Made by a program: the position numbers and the translations under genes. A DNA stretch of 60,507 bases, filler included, from Hausera hauseri (Eukaryota), in assembly GCA_046269625.1 (NCBI GenBank). It is 12 parts of 12 records of this genome, joined end to end, with 100 filler letters (N's around TTAATTAATTAA, not from the genome) between each part and the next. Parts side by side here need not be neighbours in the genome. Positions count along the whole stretch, not along the records: positions 4,147 to 9,899 come from JBJURY010194637.1; positions 10,000 to 14,607 come from JBJURY010507130.1; positions 14,708 to 19,875 come from JBJURY010317051.1; positions 19,976 to 24,408 come from JBJURY010583778.1; 8 more parts are not named here. One strand, written 5' to 3'. Of the stretch, positions 9,583 to 21,502 are shown piece by piece; position 1 is the first letter of the stretch; each line of letters starts with the position of its first letter. The notes beneath the pieces are model-generated. The model did no database searches, had not been told where the DNA came from, and saw only the letters and a program-made list of their open reading frames with translations.

Positions 9583-12500
9583 CTAAATTACATAAAGTAA
9601 ACATACAAGTGTCGATTTATGAAACTATGTTGTCTTAGTAAACTCACAAGGAAGAAGTGGGGAAATGAGGGTGGTACAAAATTTTGAAATTTGAAAAAAA
9701 AATTTTGTTTTATGACAAAAATAAGTTATGTTTTATGAAAAAAAAATTCAAATTTCGAAAAAAAATCATTTTTTTAACAAATTGAAAAAACGGCGTGGTC
9801 CAAAATATTGAAATTTTAAAAGTAAATAACATCTCATTTTTTAACCCTTTTTCCATTTAAAAATTAAAAAAACACTGAAAATTAGATTGACTAAAGTATN
9901 NNNNNNNNNNNNNNNNNNNNNNNNNNNNNNNNNNNNNNNNNNNTTAATTAATTAANNNNNNNNNNNNNNNNNNNNNNNNNNNNNNNNNNNNNNNNNNNNT
10001 TACTGAGATCCGAAATCTTCATTATTAATTTTGCTTTCAAGTAAGTCGTTCTTTGAGGCGAAATTTATTATTCTAGTAGTAGAAATTCTTGAAATTCTCG
10101 GAAACAATAAGAAAATCGTTCGAAAGTCAAATTGAATACGTGTAATTACTTACAACAATATGATTCACTCCTTTAACTTATACTGCTTCTGATTATCAAC
10201 ATGACCCAACTGCAAGAAAATTATCAAGGATTACAAAGTGTAGAAATAGTTGGTGAGTTCAGATTTATATTAATAGCTTGATGGTGGTCAATAATAAATC
10301 TTAATGAAGCCGCAAGTATTTCTGTATATTTTGTCATAATAAATATTTTGTATGATACATTTCGTAAATGAAATCATATTTGGAATTCTTTTGTAATGAT
10401 ATTTGGAATGAAACGAATGAAGTCATACTCAGCGTATTGTAAAAGGAATGTTATGATGATAATAATACGGACAAACAAGATATCGTAAAAGATGGATTTT
10501 GCCAGCCTATTGATACCAGTGGTCAGAATGAAAAATCAGTCATCATGTGTAAGCTCGAGTCAGATGGAAATCAATTAGTAGTACATTCAGCAATGACGGC
10601 GTTACTGAGACACTAAACAGACGGATCGAAAAGGGAGTTATAGATGGAAAGTGTATGCCTTTGTTGAATCAGATAAGCCCTTGCCGAATTGTGTAAACAA
10701 TTTATGACCTACAATTGTCTGTCAACAAAAGTGACAAGATTTTCGTTAAAATGAAATAGAGTAGTAAGCAAGACAGAACGAGTATTATGGCTTGTAGGTT
10801 TGATTTATGGAGTCAATTGTGATAAGTGAATAAGGCTAGCGCATGTATAAATTTAGAATCTCCATAAATTCAAGGCAATATTTTGAGAAAATTACATTAC
10901 ACGAACATTGTAGTACGTTTTACTCTATGTCAATATGACCTATTTAAACAAATTTAGTTCTAAAACGAATCTAGAAAAACTTCAATTTTTATGGCATTGT
11001 TTATGTCCGTATCTTCCTAAGTCCTTATTTCATCTTCCTATTTAATGAACCTTTATTTTATTATTCTTAGTTGTTGTATTACCGGATGCATAAATATTTT
11101 TATATGGTCAGCCTTGAGTTCGAATGGCGGTTTGGTATATGTTCATACCCAGCACCTTTTGTGCCTCAATTTTTTCTTCGTTATACGCTTGATTTCCATA
11201 AAAAAATGTGATCATGATCGTTACAGATATTTTATTTCGCATCCATTAATCTCACTAGCAAATTATTATTAAAACCTATTTCTAATCCAATTTTGTTTAC
11301 GTCATACGGATTCAATGTCATGATAAAAATCCTCACTCTGAATGTTCCATTTATTCGCATTCAGTTACCATGGTTAGTGAAATCCCAGCATAAAGGTCCT
11401 TCCCTTATTGATATAATGGTTTATTATACGCCTTTTCGCAATACCAGTTGTACTATCGAAAGTCCTTGTCAACAATATAAATGAAGACAATACCCTTCGA
11501 TATATTTTCGATAAACTTTAAGACTCCTAATACACTCAACCTTCTTAAATTACCCAATATTATAGATTCTTCTTCCATCGTCATTCTAGATAATCAATAT
11601 ATAAGGTTCAATCCATGTAGGCCTCTTACAATACAAACAATTAATTACATCAGATTCGTACAACTTTAACCATTCAAATTTATAACATTTATCAGAAATT
11701 ACTTACTTCTAATGGTCAGTGGATCCTAATTTTAGTATTTAAATACTGTTATTCATTAAATGTATGACGACTATCGCTTTATTATATAAGTCATTACACG
11801 CATAATTGTTATAATCACTCAATATTTAGATCTTCGATAATTTCAATAATTTATTACAACCATACCTTTTCATACTCTATTATGATCGAAATGATCCCCT
11901 TTTTATACATTCAGCATCAATCGTTTCTTGGTCTTCGTTACCCCTATATCAGAGAATATGATAATTAAAATTCAGCATTATCAAGTTATAAATTTCGCAC
12001 GAATTTTCAACCACTGATTCCACAATAAGATTCAAGGCTTTCGTTTTCATCCATATGATCTCTTTATCAGCAGGTCTCATTATCAAATTCCTCTGCACAA
12101 TACTTGAATGATCGCCATTGACTCGAGTAGCCACTTCTCCTCATCGACCGACTGAGAACCAAACTCGCAATTAAGTATTCACCCTCATTTTACGTTCCAC
12201 AAACATATAACAATCAACAGTGTCATAAAGACTGTCACAACGATCCAATCATTCAGTGAAGGGTTCGTCATAACTGCGTATTTCTATTACAACTCAAATA
12301 TTAATCATTATTACCCTTGTTCGTTCATTAGACATCACTGATATTAATCATTGCTTGGCTATTACTACGCCCAAAGGGTGCACTGGTGGAAGGTTTAGCA
12401 TCATTCTGTATTTGTATTATCAGCCAATCTATCTCTATACTTCGATCACACTGAAATATAAACTTCACACAACTTTTGAAACTCTCAGTTTAATATCAAA

Positions 12501-14707
12501 GTCGACGCTTTGGATCTTTATTTATAGGGTATCTTTTAACATCATTATCGCCATTTTTCTCTATTTATATAATACCTGAATAATTACAATTGAAATAAAG
12601 GAAATATCCACATTTAAAATCCATGATATCATACCCGCTGGATTCGAGGTATAACATGGGTCAATTTCATTATTAACATTTAAATAAAAATTATACAATA
12701 CACATTATGGTCGTTTATTTATTATCATCATCATAAAACTATCACAAAAGAATTATACCCGTGATTTCCTGATTTTCTAATTCATTATTGTTTAGCGTAG
12801 CCATCTTGATAGTCGACGAACCTAGTGACGAAATTAATAACTGCAATAGGAATGATTTGTTTGTTATGTTCTAATATCCTTTTGTTATGAAATTAAATTC
12901 TTGTTCTTGACGTTATGTTTTCTGACAATAAACCTACCTCAGAACCTCCAAAAGAATTCTCTGGTACACGTAATAAAATGGCAAAATTAGTCAAATGAAA
13001 TTGTGTTGTTTGTTGCTTATTGTCACTGGTTTATATACCAGATTTCTGAGCCTTACTATATGCTTGTCAATTATAAAAATGGATTTTTTATAAAAATGTC
13101 GATCACAAGAGTGGATTTTCTAAATCTGTATGTCAATTATAAAAATGGATTTTCTAAATCGTCTATACCTCCACAAATGTCAATCTTCAAACAAAACTCC
13201 GAATTGTCTATTATTCTGCGTTTTCTGTTGTATTTTTAAATGATTTTCAACAATAATTGACGTGTAAATTTCTATTTCTTATAACATATGTTTTCCGTTG
13301 TACTGTCAGTCATGTTTAACATATGTCTTCCGTTGTACTGTCACTCTTTAATATCTTGAACAATATTGTTTTTCTAGACATTTTAATTTCCTGATAACAT
13401 TTCACAACCATTCACGACCATTCCCAATCCTGGATAACACTGTATGTACAATGAACAGTAATGACAAACAATCGGATACCCATCAAAGGGGTTTAATAAA
13501 AAAATTGAAGGAAAGAATAAAAGGATGATTTATTTATAATTGTTTTGACAAGTCTCACAATATGTTTATTGTTTTCAAAATATATTATTATTTATTATGT
13601 TTATTGTTTATTATTAGTTCTCACAAGTCTCACAATATGTTTATTGTTTATTGTTAGTTAATCACAACACAGTTATCATATTATACAGCATTATACCATG
13701 CACAATGATGATTACATAATACTTCAAAAGTTCACAATATACTCTAACTGCCATATGTAATAAACATTTGATTAGAACTTTTGAGACACCCGATATATAG
13801 TCTTTATTTTAAGTGATTATGTTGTTCTAACTTATAAGATTACTATTTGTCTTGCACATTTGCTTCACATTTTTTGGCCGACTCGTTTACAAAAAATTAA
13901 TGATTGTTGCATAACTACAATGTTATTTAATGTATAAGAAATTTATAGGCAATGATCATGTGTATGATTTGTTGCAAAAGGTGATCAGCAGAAATCTGAT
14001 AACCGTTAGTTTAAATTATATATCTTAAACGTGTTACTATGGATGTGAACTACATTTTTATACAGGGTATCTACTGGAAAATCTATACTGTTAACATATG
14101 ATAAACTCATTTCAATATCACATACATCATCTTTAAAATAAAATATTTTATCGATCAAAACGTTACTCTTTCTAAAACACAAGGATCTATTCATAAATTT
14201 TCTGCTGGGCCCATTTACCCTTGAATTGGATTCACGAATTTCCTTACCCTCCATTAATTCTTTCTTTCCGCTGAATTTTTAATATCGATACTAACTTATT
14301 TTATCGAACACACTTAATCACCTGAAGGAAAAGTCTATCTACGATTTTATTTCCCAATCCGACCATTATGACTCTTCCAGACACGCATACACTTCACCTC
14401 CTTATTATTAGTTAGATGTGAGGACATGAGATCAGACCCCTGCTGGGAAGGAAAGTAACCTATCACAGTTGAACGCATCATCGTGGTAAGGAAAATTGAC
14501 CCAAAAGAGGCGGACACGTCATCGAGGGGTGAGGAAAACTGACCAATCATAGACAGTATTCGGTAGATCCCTTAGAGAACAAAGATTTGTCATCTCAATT
14601 GGGTTTCNNNNNNNNNNNNNNNNNNNNNNNNNNNNNNNNNNNNNNNNNNNNTTAATTAATTAANNNNNNNNNNNNNNNNNNNNNNNNNNNNNNNNNNNNN
14701 NNNNNNN

Positions 14708-17700
14708 CGTGTTCGAAACTGGTTATCTCCAAAATTTTTTTCGACTCAACTCATTGCGGTGAGTCCGAATATGCACGTGTTCGAAACTGGTTATCTCCAA
14801 AATTTTTTTCGACTCAACTCATTGCGGTGAGTCCGAATATGCACGTGTTCGAAACTGGTTATCTCCAAAATTTTTTTCGACTCAACTCATTGCGGTGAGT
14901 CCGAATATGCACGTGTTCGATACTGGCTGTCTCCAAAATATTTTCCGACTCAACGCATTGCGGTGAAGCCGAATATGCAGACGTCAGGAACTAGTTGTCC
15001 CCATCATTTTTTCGACTGAAGCCATTAGTGTGAGTACGAATATGCACGTGTTCGAAACTGGTTATCTCCAAAATTTTTTCCGATTCAACTCATTGCGGTG
15101 CGGCCTAATGGGCAGGTTTTCGAAACTGGCTGTCTCCAAAATTTTTTCCGACTCAACTCATTGCGGTGAAGCCGAATATGGAGACGTCCGGAACTGGTTG
15201 TCTCCAAAATATTTTCCGACTCAACTCCTTGCAATGAATCCGAATATGCGGATGTCCAAAACTGTTTGCCTCCACAATTTTACCCCACACAACTCCTTGC
15301 GGTGAAGCCGAATATGCAGATATCAGGAACTAGTTGTCCCCATCATTTTTTCGACTGAAGCCATTGGTGTGAGTCAAAATATGCACGTCTTCGAAACGGG
15401 CTGTCTCCAAATATATTTTCGACTCAACTCATTGCGGTGCGGGCTAATGGGCACGTTTTCGAAACTGGCTGTCTGCAAAATTTTTTCCGACTCAATTCAT
15501 TGCGGAGAATACGAATATGCAGATGTCCGCAACACGTTGTCTCCGTAATTTTTTTGGCTGAAGCCATTGGTGTGAGTCAGAATATGCACGTGTTCGAAAC
15601 TGGTTGTGTCCAAAAGTTTTACCGTTTCAACTCACTGTGGTACGGCCTAATTGGTCAGATTTTCGAAACTGGCTGTCTCCAAAATTTTTTCCGACTGAAC
15701 TGATTGCGTTGAATCCGAATAAGCAGGTGTCCGCAGCTGGTTGGCTCCAAAATTTTGTCGCTTCAACACATTGCTGTGAAGCCAAATACGCAGACGTCCG
15801 AAACTAGTTGTCTCCAAAATTTTTTCCGACTCAACTCATTGCGGTGAATCCGAATACGCAGATGTCCGGAACTGCTTGTCTCCAAAATTTTTTCGACTGA
15901 AGGCATTGGTGTGAGTCCGAATATCCCTGTGTTCGAAACTGGCTGTCTCCAAAATTATTTTCGACTCAATTCATTTCAGGGAGTCCGAATATGCAGCATT
16001 TCGAAACTAGCTGTCTCCAAAATTTATTTCGACTCTTCTCATTGCGCTGAACCCGAGTGTGCAGGTGTTCCAAATTGGCTGTCTCCAACATTTTATCCGA
16101 CTCAACTCATTGCCGTGAATCCGAATAAGCAGGTGTCCGTAACTGGTGGTCTCCACAATTTTATGCGACTCAACTCATTGCGGTGAGGCCGAATATGCAG
16201 GTCTTCGAAAGTAGCTCTCGCCAAAATTTTTTTCGTTTCAACCCATTGCAGTCAAGCCGAATATGCAGATGTCCGGAACTGTTTGTCTGCAAAATTTTTT
16301 CCGACCCAATTCATTGCGGTGAGTCCGAATATGCGGGTGTTCGAAACTGACTGTCTCCATAATTTTTCGAATGAAGACATTGGTGTGAGTCCGAGTATGC
16401 ACGTGTTCAAAACTGGCTGTCTCCATAATTTTTTCGGCTAAAGTCATTGGTGTGAGTCCGAATATGCACGTGTTCGAAACTGGCTGTCTCCATAATTTCT
16501 TGACTGAAGCCATTGGTGTGAGTCCGAATATGCAAGTGTTCAAAACTGGCTGTATCCAAAATTTTTTTCGACTTAACTCATTGCGGTGAATCCGAATAAG
16601 CAGGTGTACGTAACTGGTTGGCTCCAAGACTTTGTCGCTTCAACACATTGAGATAAAGCCGAATATGCAGACGTCCGGAACTGGTTGCCTCCATAAATTT
16701 ATCCGACTCCACTCATTGCGATGAATCCGAATAAGCAGGTGTCCGTAACTGGTTGTCTCCACAATTTTTTTCGACTCAACTCATTGCGGTGAATCGGAAT
16801 AAGCAGATGTCCGGAACTGGTTGCCTCCATAATTTTATCCGACTCAACTCATTGCTGTGATTCCGAATATTCAGATGTCCGGAACTGCTTGTCTCCAAAA
16901 TTTTTTCGACTGAAGGCATTGGTGTGAGTCCGAATATCCCGGTGTTCGAAACTGGCTGTTTCCAAAATTATTTTCGACTCAATTCATTTCGGTGAGTCCG
17001 AATATGCAGCTTTTCAAAACTAGCTGTCTCCAAAATTTATTTTGACTCTTGTCATTGCGCTGAACACGAGTGTGCAGGTGTTCCAAATTGGCTGTCTCCA
17101 ACATTTTATCCGACTCAACTCATTGCCGTGAATCCGAATAAGCAGGTGTCCGTAACTGGTGGTCTCCACAATTTTATGCGACTCAACTCATTGCGGTGAG
17201 GCCGAATATGCAGGTCTTCGAAAGTAGCTCTCGCCAAAATTTTTTTCGTTTCAACCCATTGCAGTCAAGCCGAATATGCAGATGTCCGGAACTGTTTGTC
17301 TGCAAAATTTTTTCCGACCCAATTCATTGCGGTGAGTCCGAATATGCGGGTGTTCGAAACTGACTGTCTCCATAATTTTTTCGACTGAAGCCATTGGTGT
17401 GAGTCCGTATATGAAGGTGTTCGAAATTAACTGTTTCCAAAATTTTTTTCGACTCAACTAATTTCGGTGAATCCGAATAAGCAGGTGTCCATAACTGGTG
17501 GTCTACACAATTTTATCCGACAAAACTCATTAAGGTACGGTCGAATATGCAGGTCTTCGAAACGTGCTCTCTTCAAAATTATTTCCGTTTCAACCCATTG
17601 CAGTGAAGCCGAATACGCAGGTGTTCGGAACTGGTTGTCTCCAAAATTTTATCCGACTCAACTCATTGCGGTGAATCCGAATATGCAAATATCCGGAATT

Positions 17701-19875
17701 TGTGGCCTCCATAATTTTATCCGATTTAACTCCTTGCGGTGAATGCGAATATGCAGATGTACGAAACTGGTTGTCTCCATAATTTTTTCGACTGAAGCCA
17801 TTGGTCTGAGTCCGTATATGAAGGTGTTTGAAACTGGCTGTCTCCAAAATATTTTCCGACTCAACTCATTGCACTGAGCCCGTATATACAGGCGTTTCAA
17901 ACTAACTGTCTCCAACATTTTATCCGACTCAACTCATTGCGGTGAATCCGTATAAGCAGGTGTCCATAACTGGTGGTCTCCACAATTTTATCCGACTCAA
18001 CTCATTGCGGTGAATCCGAATATGCAGATGTCCGGAACTGTTTGTCTCCAAAATTTTTTCCAACTCAACTCATTGCGGTGAATCCGAATATACATATGTC
18101 CGGATCTGGTTGTCTACAAATATTTTTCGACTCAACTAATTGCGGTGAATCCGAATAAGCAGGTGTCCATAGCTGTTGGCCTACACAATTTTATCCGACA
18201 AAACTCATTGAGGTAAGGGCGAATATGCAGGTCTTCCAAACGTGTTCTCTCCAAAATTATTTCCGTTTCAACCCATTGCAGTGAAGCCGAATATGCAGAT
18301 GTCCGGAACTGTTTGTCTCCAAAATTTTTTCCGACCCAACTCATTGCGGTGAGTCCGAATATGCAGGTGTCCATAACTGGTGGTCTCCACAATTTTATCC
18401 GACTAAACTCATTGCGGTGAGGCCGAATATGCAGGTCTTTGAAACTATCTCTCTCCAAAATTTTTTTTATTTAAACCCATTGCAGTGAAACCAAATATGC
18501 AGATGTCCGGAACTGTTTGTCTCCAGAATTTTTTCAGACCCAAATCATTGCGGTGAGTACGACTATGCGGGTGTTCGAAACTGGCTGTCTCCATAATTTT
18601 TCAGACTGAAGCCATTGTGGTGAGCCGAATATGCAGGTGTTCGAAACGTGCTCTCTCCAAAATTTTTTTCGACTCAACTCATTGAGGTGTGGCCTAATTG
18701 GACAGGTGTTCGGAAATGGCTCTGTACAAAATTTTTTCCGACTCAACTCATTGCGGTGAATCCGAATATACAGATGTCCGGATCTGGTTGTCTACAAATA
18801 TTTTTCGACTCAACTAATTGCGGTAAATCCGAATAAGCAGGTGTCCATGACTGGTGGTCTCCACAATTTTATCCGACTAAATTCATTGCGGTGAGTCCGA
18901 ATAAGCAGGTGTCCATGACTGGTGGTCTCCACAATTTTATCCGACTAAACTCATTGCGGTGAGGGCGAATATGAAGGTTTTCGAAACGTGCTCTCTCCAA
19001 ATTTTTTTTCCTTTTCAACCCATTGCAGTGAAGCCAAATATGCAGATGTCCGGAACTGTTTGCCTCCAAAATTTTTTCCGACTCAACTCACTGCGGTGAA
19101 TCCGAATATGCAGATGTCCGGAACTGTTTGTCTCCAAAATTTTTTCCAACTCAACACATTGCGGTGAATCCGAAATACGCAGGTGTTCAAAACTGGCTGT
19201 CTTCAAAATTTATTTCGACTCAACTCATTTCGGTGAGTACGAATATGCAGGTGTTTGAAAGTGGCTGTCTCCGAAATTTATTTCAACTCAACTCATTGCG
19301 CTGAGCCAGTATATGCAGGCGTTCCAAACTGGCTGTCTCCAACATCTTATCCGACTCAACTTTTTGCGGTGAATCCGAATAAGCAGGTGTCCATGACTGG
19401 TGGTCTCCACAATTTTATACGACTAAATTCACTGCGGTGAGGCCGAATATGCAGGTATTCGAAACGTGCTCTCTCAAAAATTTATTGCGTTTCAACCCAT
19501 TGCAGTGAAGCCAAATATGCAGATGTCCGGAAATGTTTGTCTCTAAAATTTTTTCCGACTCAACTCACTGCGGTGAATCCGAATATGCAGATGTCCGGAA
19601 CTGTTTGTCTGCAAAATTTTTTCCAACTCAACTCATTGCGGTGAATCCGAATATACAGATATCCGGATCTGGTTGTCTACAAATATTTTTCGACTCAACT
19701 AATTGCGGTGAATCCGAATAAGCAGGTGTCCATAACTGGTGGCCTACACAATTTTATCCGACAAAACTTATTGAGGTAAGGGCGAATTTGCAGGTCTACC
19801 AAACGTGTTCTCTCCAAAATTATTTCCGTTTCAACCCATTGCAGTGAAGCCGAATATGCAGATGTCCGGAACTGT
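14708..19875. repeat. Tandem satellite, ~68-bp monomer, ~76 copies, fills the whole contig
   Basis: Unit CGTGTTCGAAACTGGTTATCTCCAAAATTTTTTTCGACTCAACTCATTGCGGTGAGTCCGAATATGCA recurs at 14708, 14776, 14844 and onward, with diverged variants and higher-order duplications. Confidence 0.97.
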
Positions 19876-20191
19876 NNNNNNNNNNNNNNNNNNNNNNNNN
19901 NNNNNNNNNNNNNNNNNNNTTAATTAATTAANNNNNNNNNNNNNNNNNNNNNNNNNNNNNNNNNNNNNNNNNNNNATTCAGTGGCACCGTTTGAAGCGGA
20001 AAACCATTTACGAATTGGCGATAGTTGTGACGATATTCCTTTTATTGATGATGATGCATGTTATACCGATTTTTTCTATGGTTATTCGAATTATAAGGTG
20101 TGGTTAATTAAACATCCACGACTCTCTAAATTTATTGACACATACAGAGCCCCGACCAGTCTGCAATGAACACTAGCCATCAGGAATTGGT

Positions 20192-20272
20192 TGTGGCGCC
20201 TACGCCGTCGGCTATGCTGCCCGAAGATAATCTGGTCGGAAACCTGGGCGCGTCCGTGATCCGTGCGCCACA
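20192..20272 (+). repeat. Putative 81-bp 5' LTR of element B
   Basis: GC-rich block bounded by TGTGGCGC...GCGCCACA. An unrelated ORF runs up to its left edge and the gag ATG follows 2 nt after its right edge. The partner LTR is not in the contig. Confidence 0.65.
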
Positions 20273-20274
20273 AT

Positions 20275-21470
20275 ATGCCTCTGGCATCACTCTTTAACCC
20301 CTTTCTTTTTTGTTTTTAAAAATAACACACATATTTCTACCATACACACTAGTAACATGGACCTTGCTTACACCCTCTGTATGTCTCTATCCTCTTTCTT
20401 ACACACTTCCGACATTTATTTTTCGCACCATGGTTTTGTGCTACAGCCGTCTGATTCACTTTCTTCCTTCGCTTCTCTAATCATTTATGTCTCCCTTTAC
20501 TTTCACATCCGGGGTGGTTCGGACCCTGATCCTTCTGCTGAAAATTCGGCCAAAAAAGATCTGGTCATTGCCCTGCTGACTGCACAATCTGCTTCTCCTA
20601 ACCTTTCTCGCACAGACTTCTTCCTCGATAAAACTAATTCAAGCCGCACTTGGCTACAATTTCATTTACAATGGCTTAAAGCCAATCAAATTACCGATTC
20701 TTGAGCGCCAAAAGCTTGTTACTTCTTCTCCCAGCAAATATCAAGCATAAAATCAATAATCTTGCTGATGTTCTTACTTCTCCAACATCATATGACATGC
20801 TTTACAAGTCTGTTCTTCATATTACCGATCCATCGATTGATAATATAATACAGAAGTACTTTAACGAACATGCTATAGGCAATCAAAAGCCTTCTGACTT
20901 TCTGCAGACCTCTGTTTCACACCTAAGTGCGCTTGGCGTTACCCCCACCAACAATGCGGACTTGATTCGTCGTTATTTCCTCTCCCCCTTACCCATTTCC
21001 ACCAGAGCTCTCCTTACTGTAGTTAACAACTCGACGGCGATTGAAAAACATGCCCTATTGGCTGATAAAAGTTTCGAAATCTTGCAAACTAACAACTCAC
21101 AACCCGTAGCTGCAGCAACGACGCATACCTCATCTCACATAGACATGACTGTTTTCGCACAGCAACTACAATTCATTCAGAAACAATACGATACTCTACA
21201 ACATTCAATTTCCGCCATCACGGCCCAACTAAATAATCTGTCTATGTCTCGGCGAGGTGAGACTCGTGCATCGCGTGAGCGTAGCCTCTCCAGGCACTCA
21301 TTTCGTTGTAAATCTCCTGGCGGACGAATGATTTGTTTTTATCACGAGATTTTTCGTAAAAGCGCAGAAAAATGTCTCTTGGGTTGTAGATTTTACGACG
21401 AGCGTTTTTTTCTCATCCTCCTTCTTCTTATCAGTCATCTTCTTTTCCTCCACAATTTTAAAAAAACTAA
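20275..21470 (+). pseudogene. gag: gag of element B with N-terminal ubiquitin-like domain (to 20518)
   Basis: ATG 20275 with a frameshift in a T-run, then FVFKNNTHISTIHTSNMDLAYTLCMSLSSFLHTSDIYFSHHGFVLQPSDSLSSFASLIIYVSLYFHIRGG, then capsid-like region (...YDML...IGNQKPSDFL...LIRRYFLSPLP) and CHCC knuckle. Confidence 0.8.
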
Positions 21471-21502
21471 AAAGGCCGCCAGATGCTACGGCACATTCTG
21501 GC
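21461..21502 (+). promoter_or_regulatory. Candidate -1 ribosomal frameshift signal at the gag-pol junction
   Basis: Slippery heptamer AAAAAAC directly followed by TAA, then a stem GCCAGATG...CATTCTGGC. Element A has AAAAAGC-TAA at the equivalent gag end. Confidence 0.55.

Noticed and set aside
9636-9899. Helentron/HINE-like repeat upstream of the MATH gene
   Set aside because: Resemblance is vague (CTCACAAGGAAG, A/T-run blocks) and the termini cannot be defined before the contig ends.
12105-12134. NGDHSS peptide similar to NGDHTS at ~55620 as evidence of paralogy between ORFan clusters
   Set aside because: Six residues only, and surrounding sequence does not align.
14708-19875. CRISPR array, or protein-coding repeat ORFs in the satellite
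   Set aside because: Monomers are contiguous with no unique spacers and no cas genes. The 68-bp period is not a multiple of 3, so the many short ORFs are translation artefacts.
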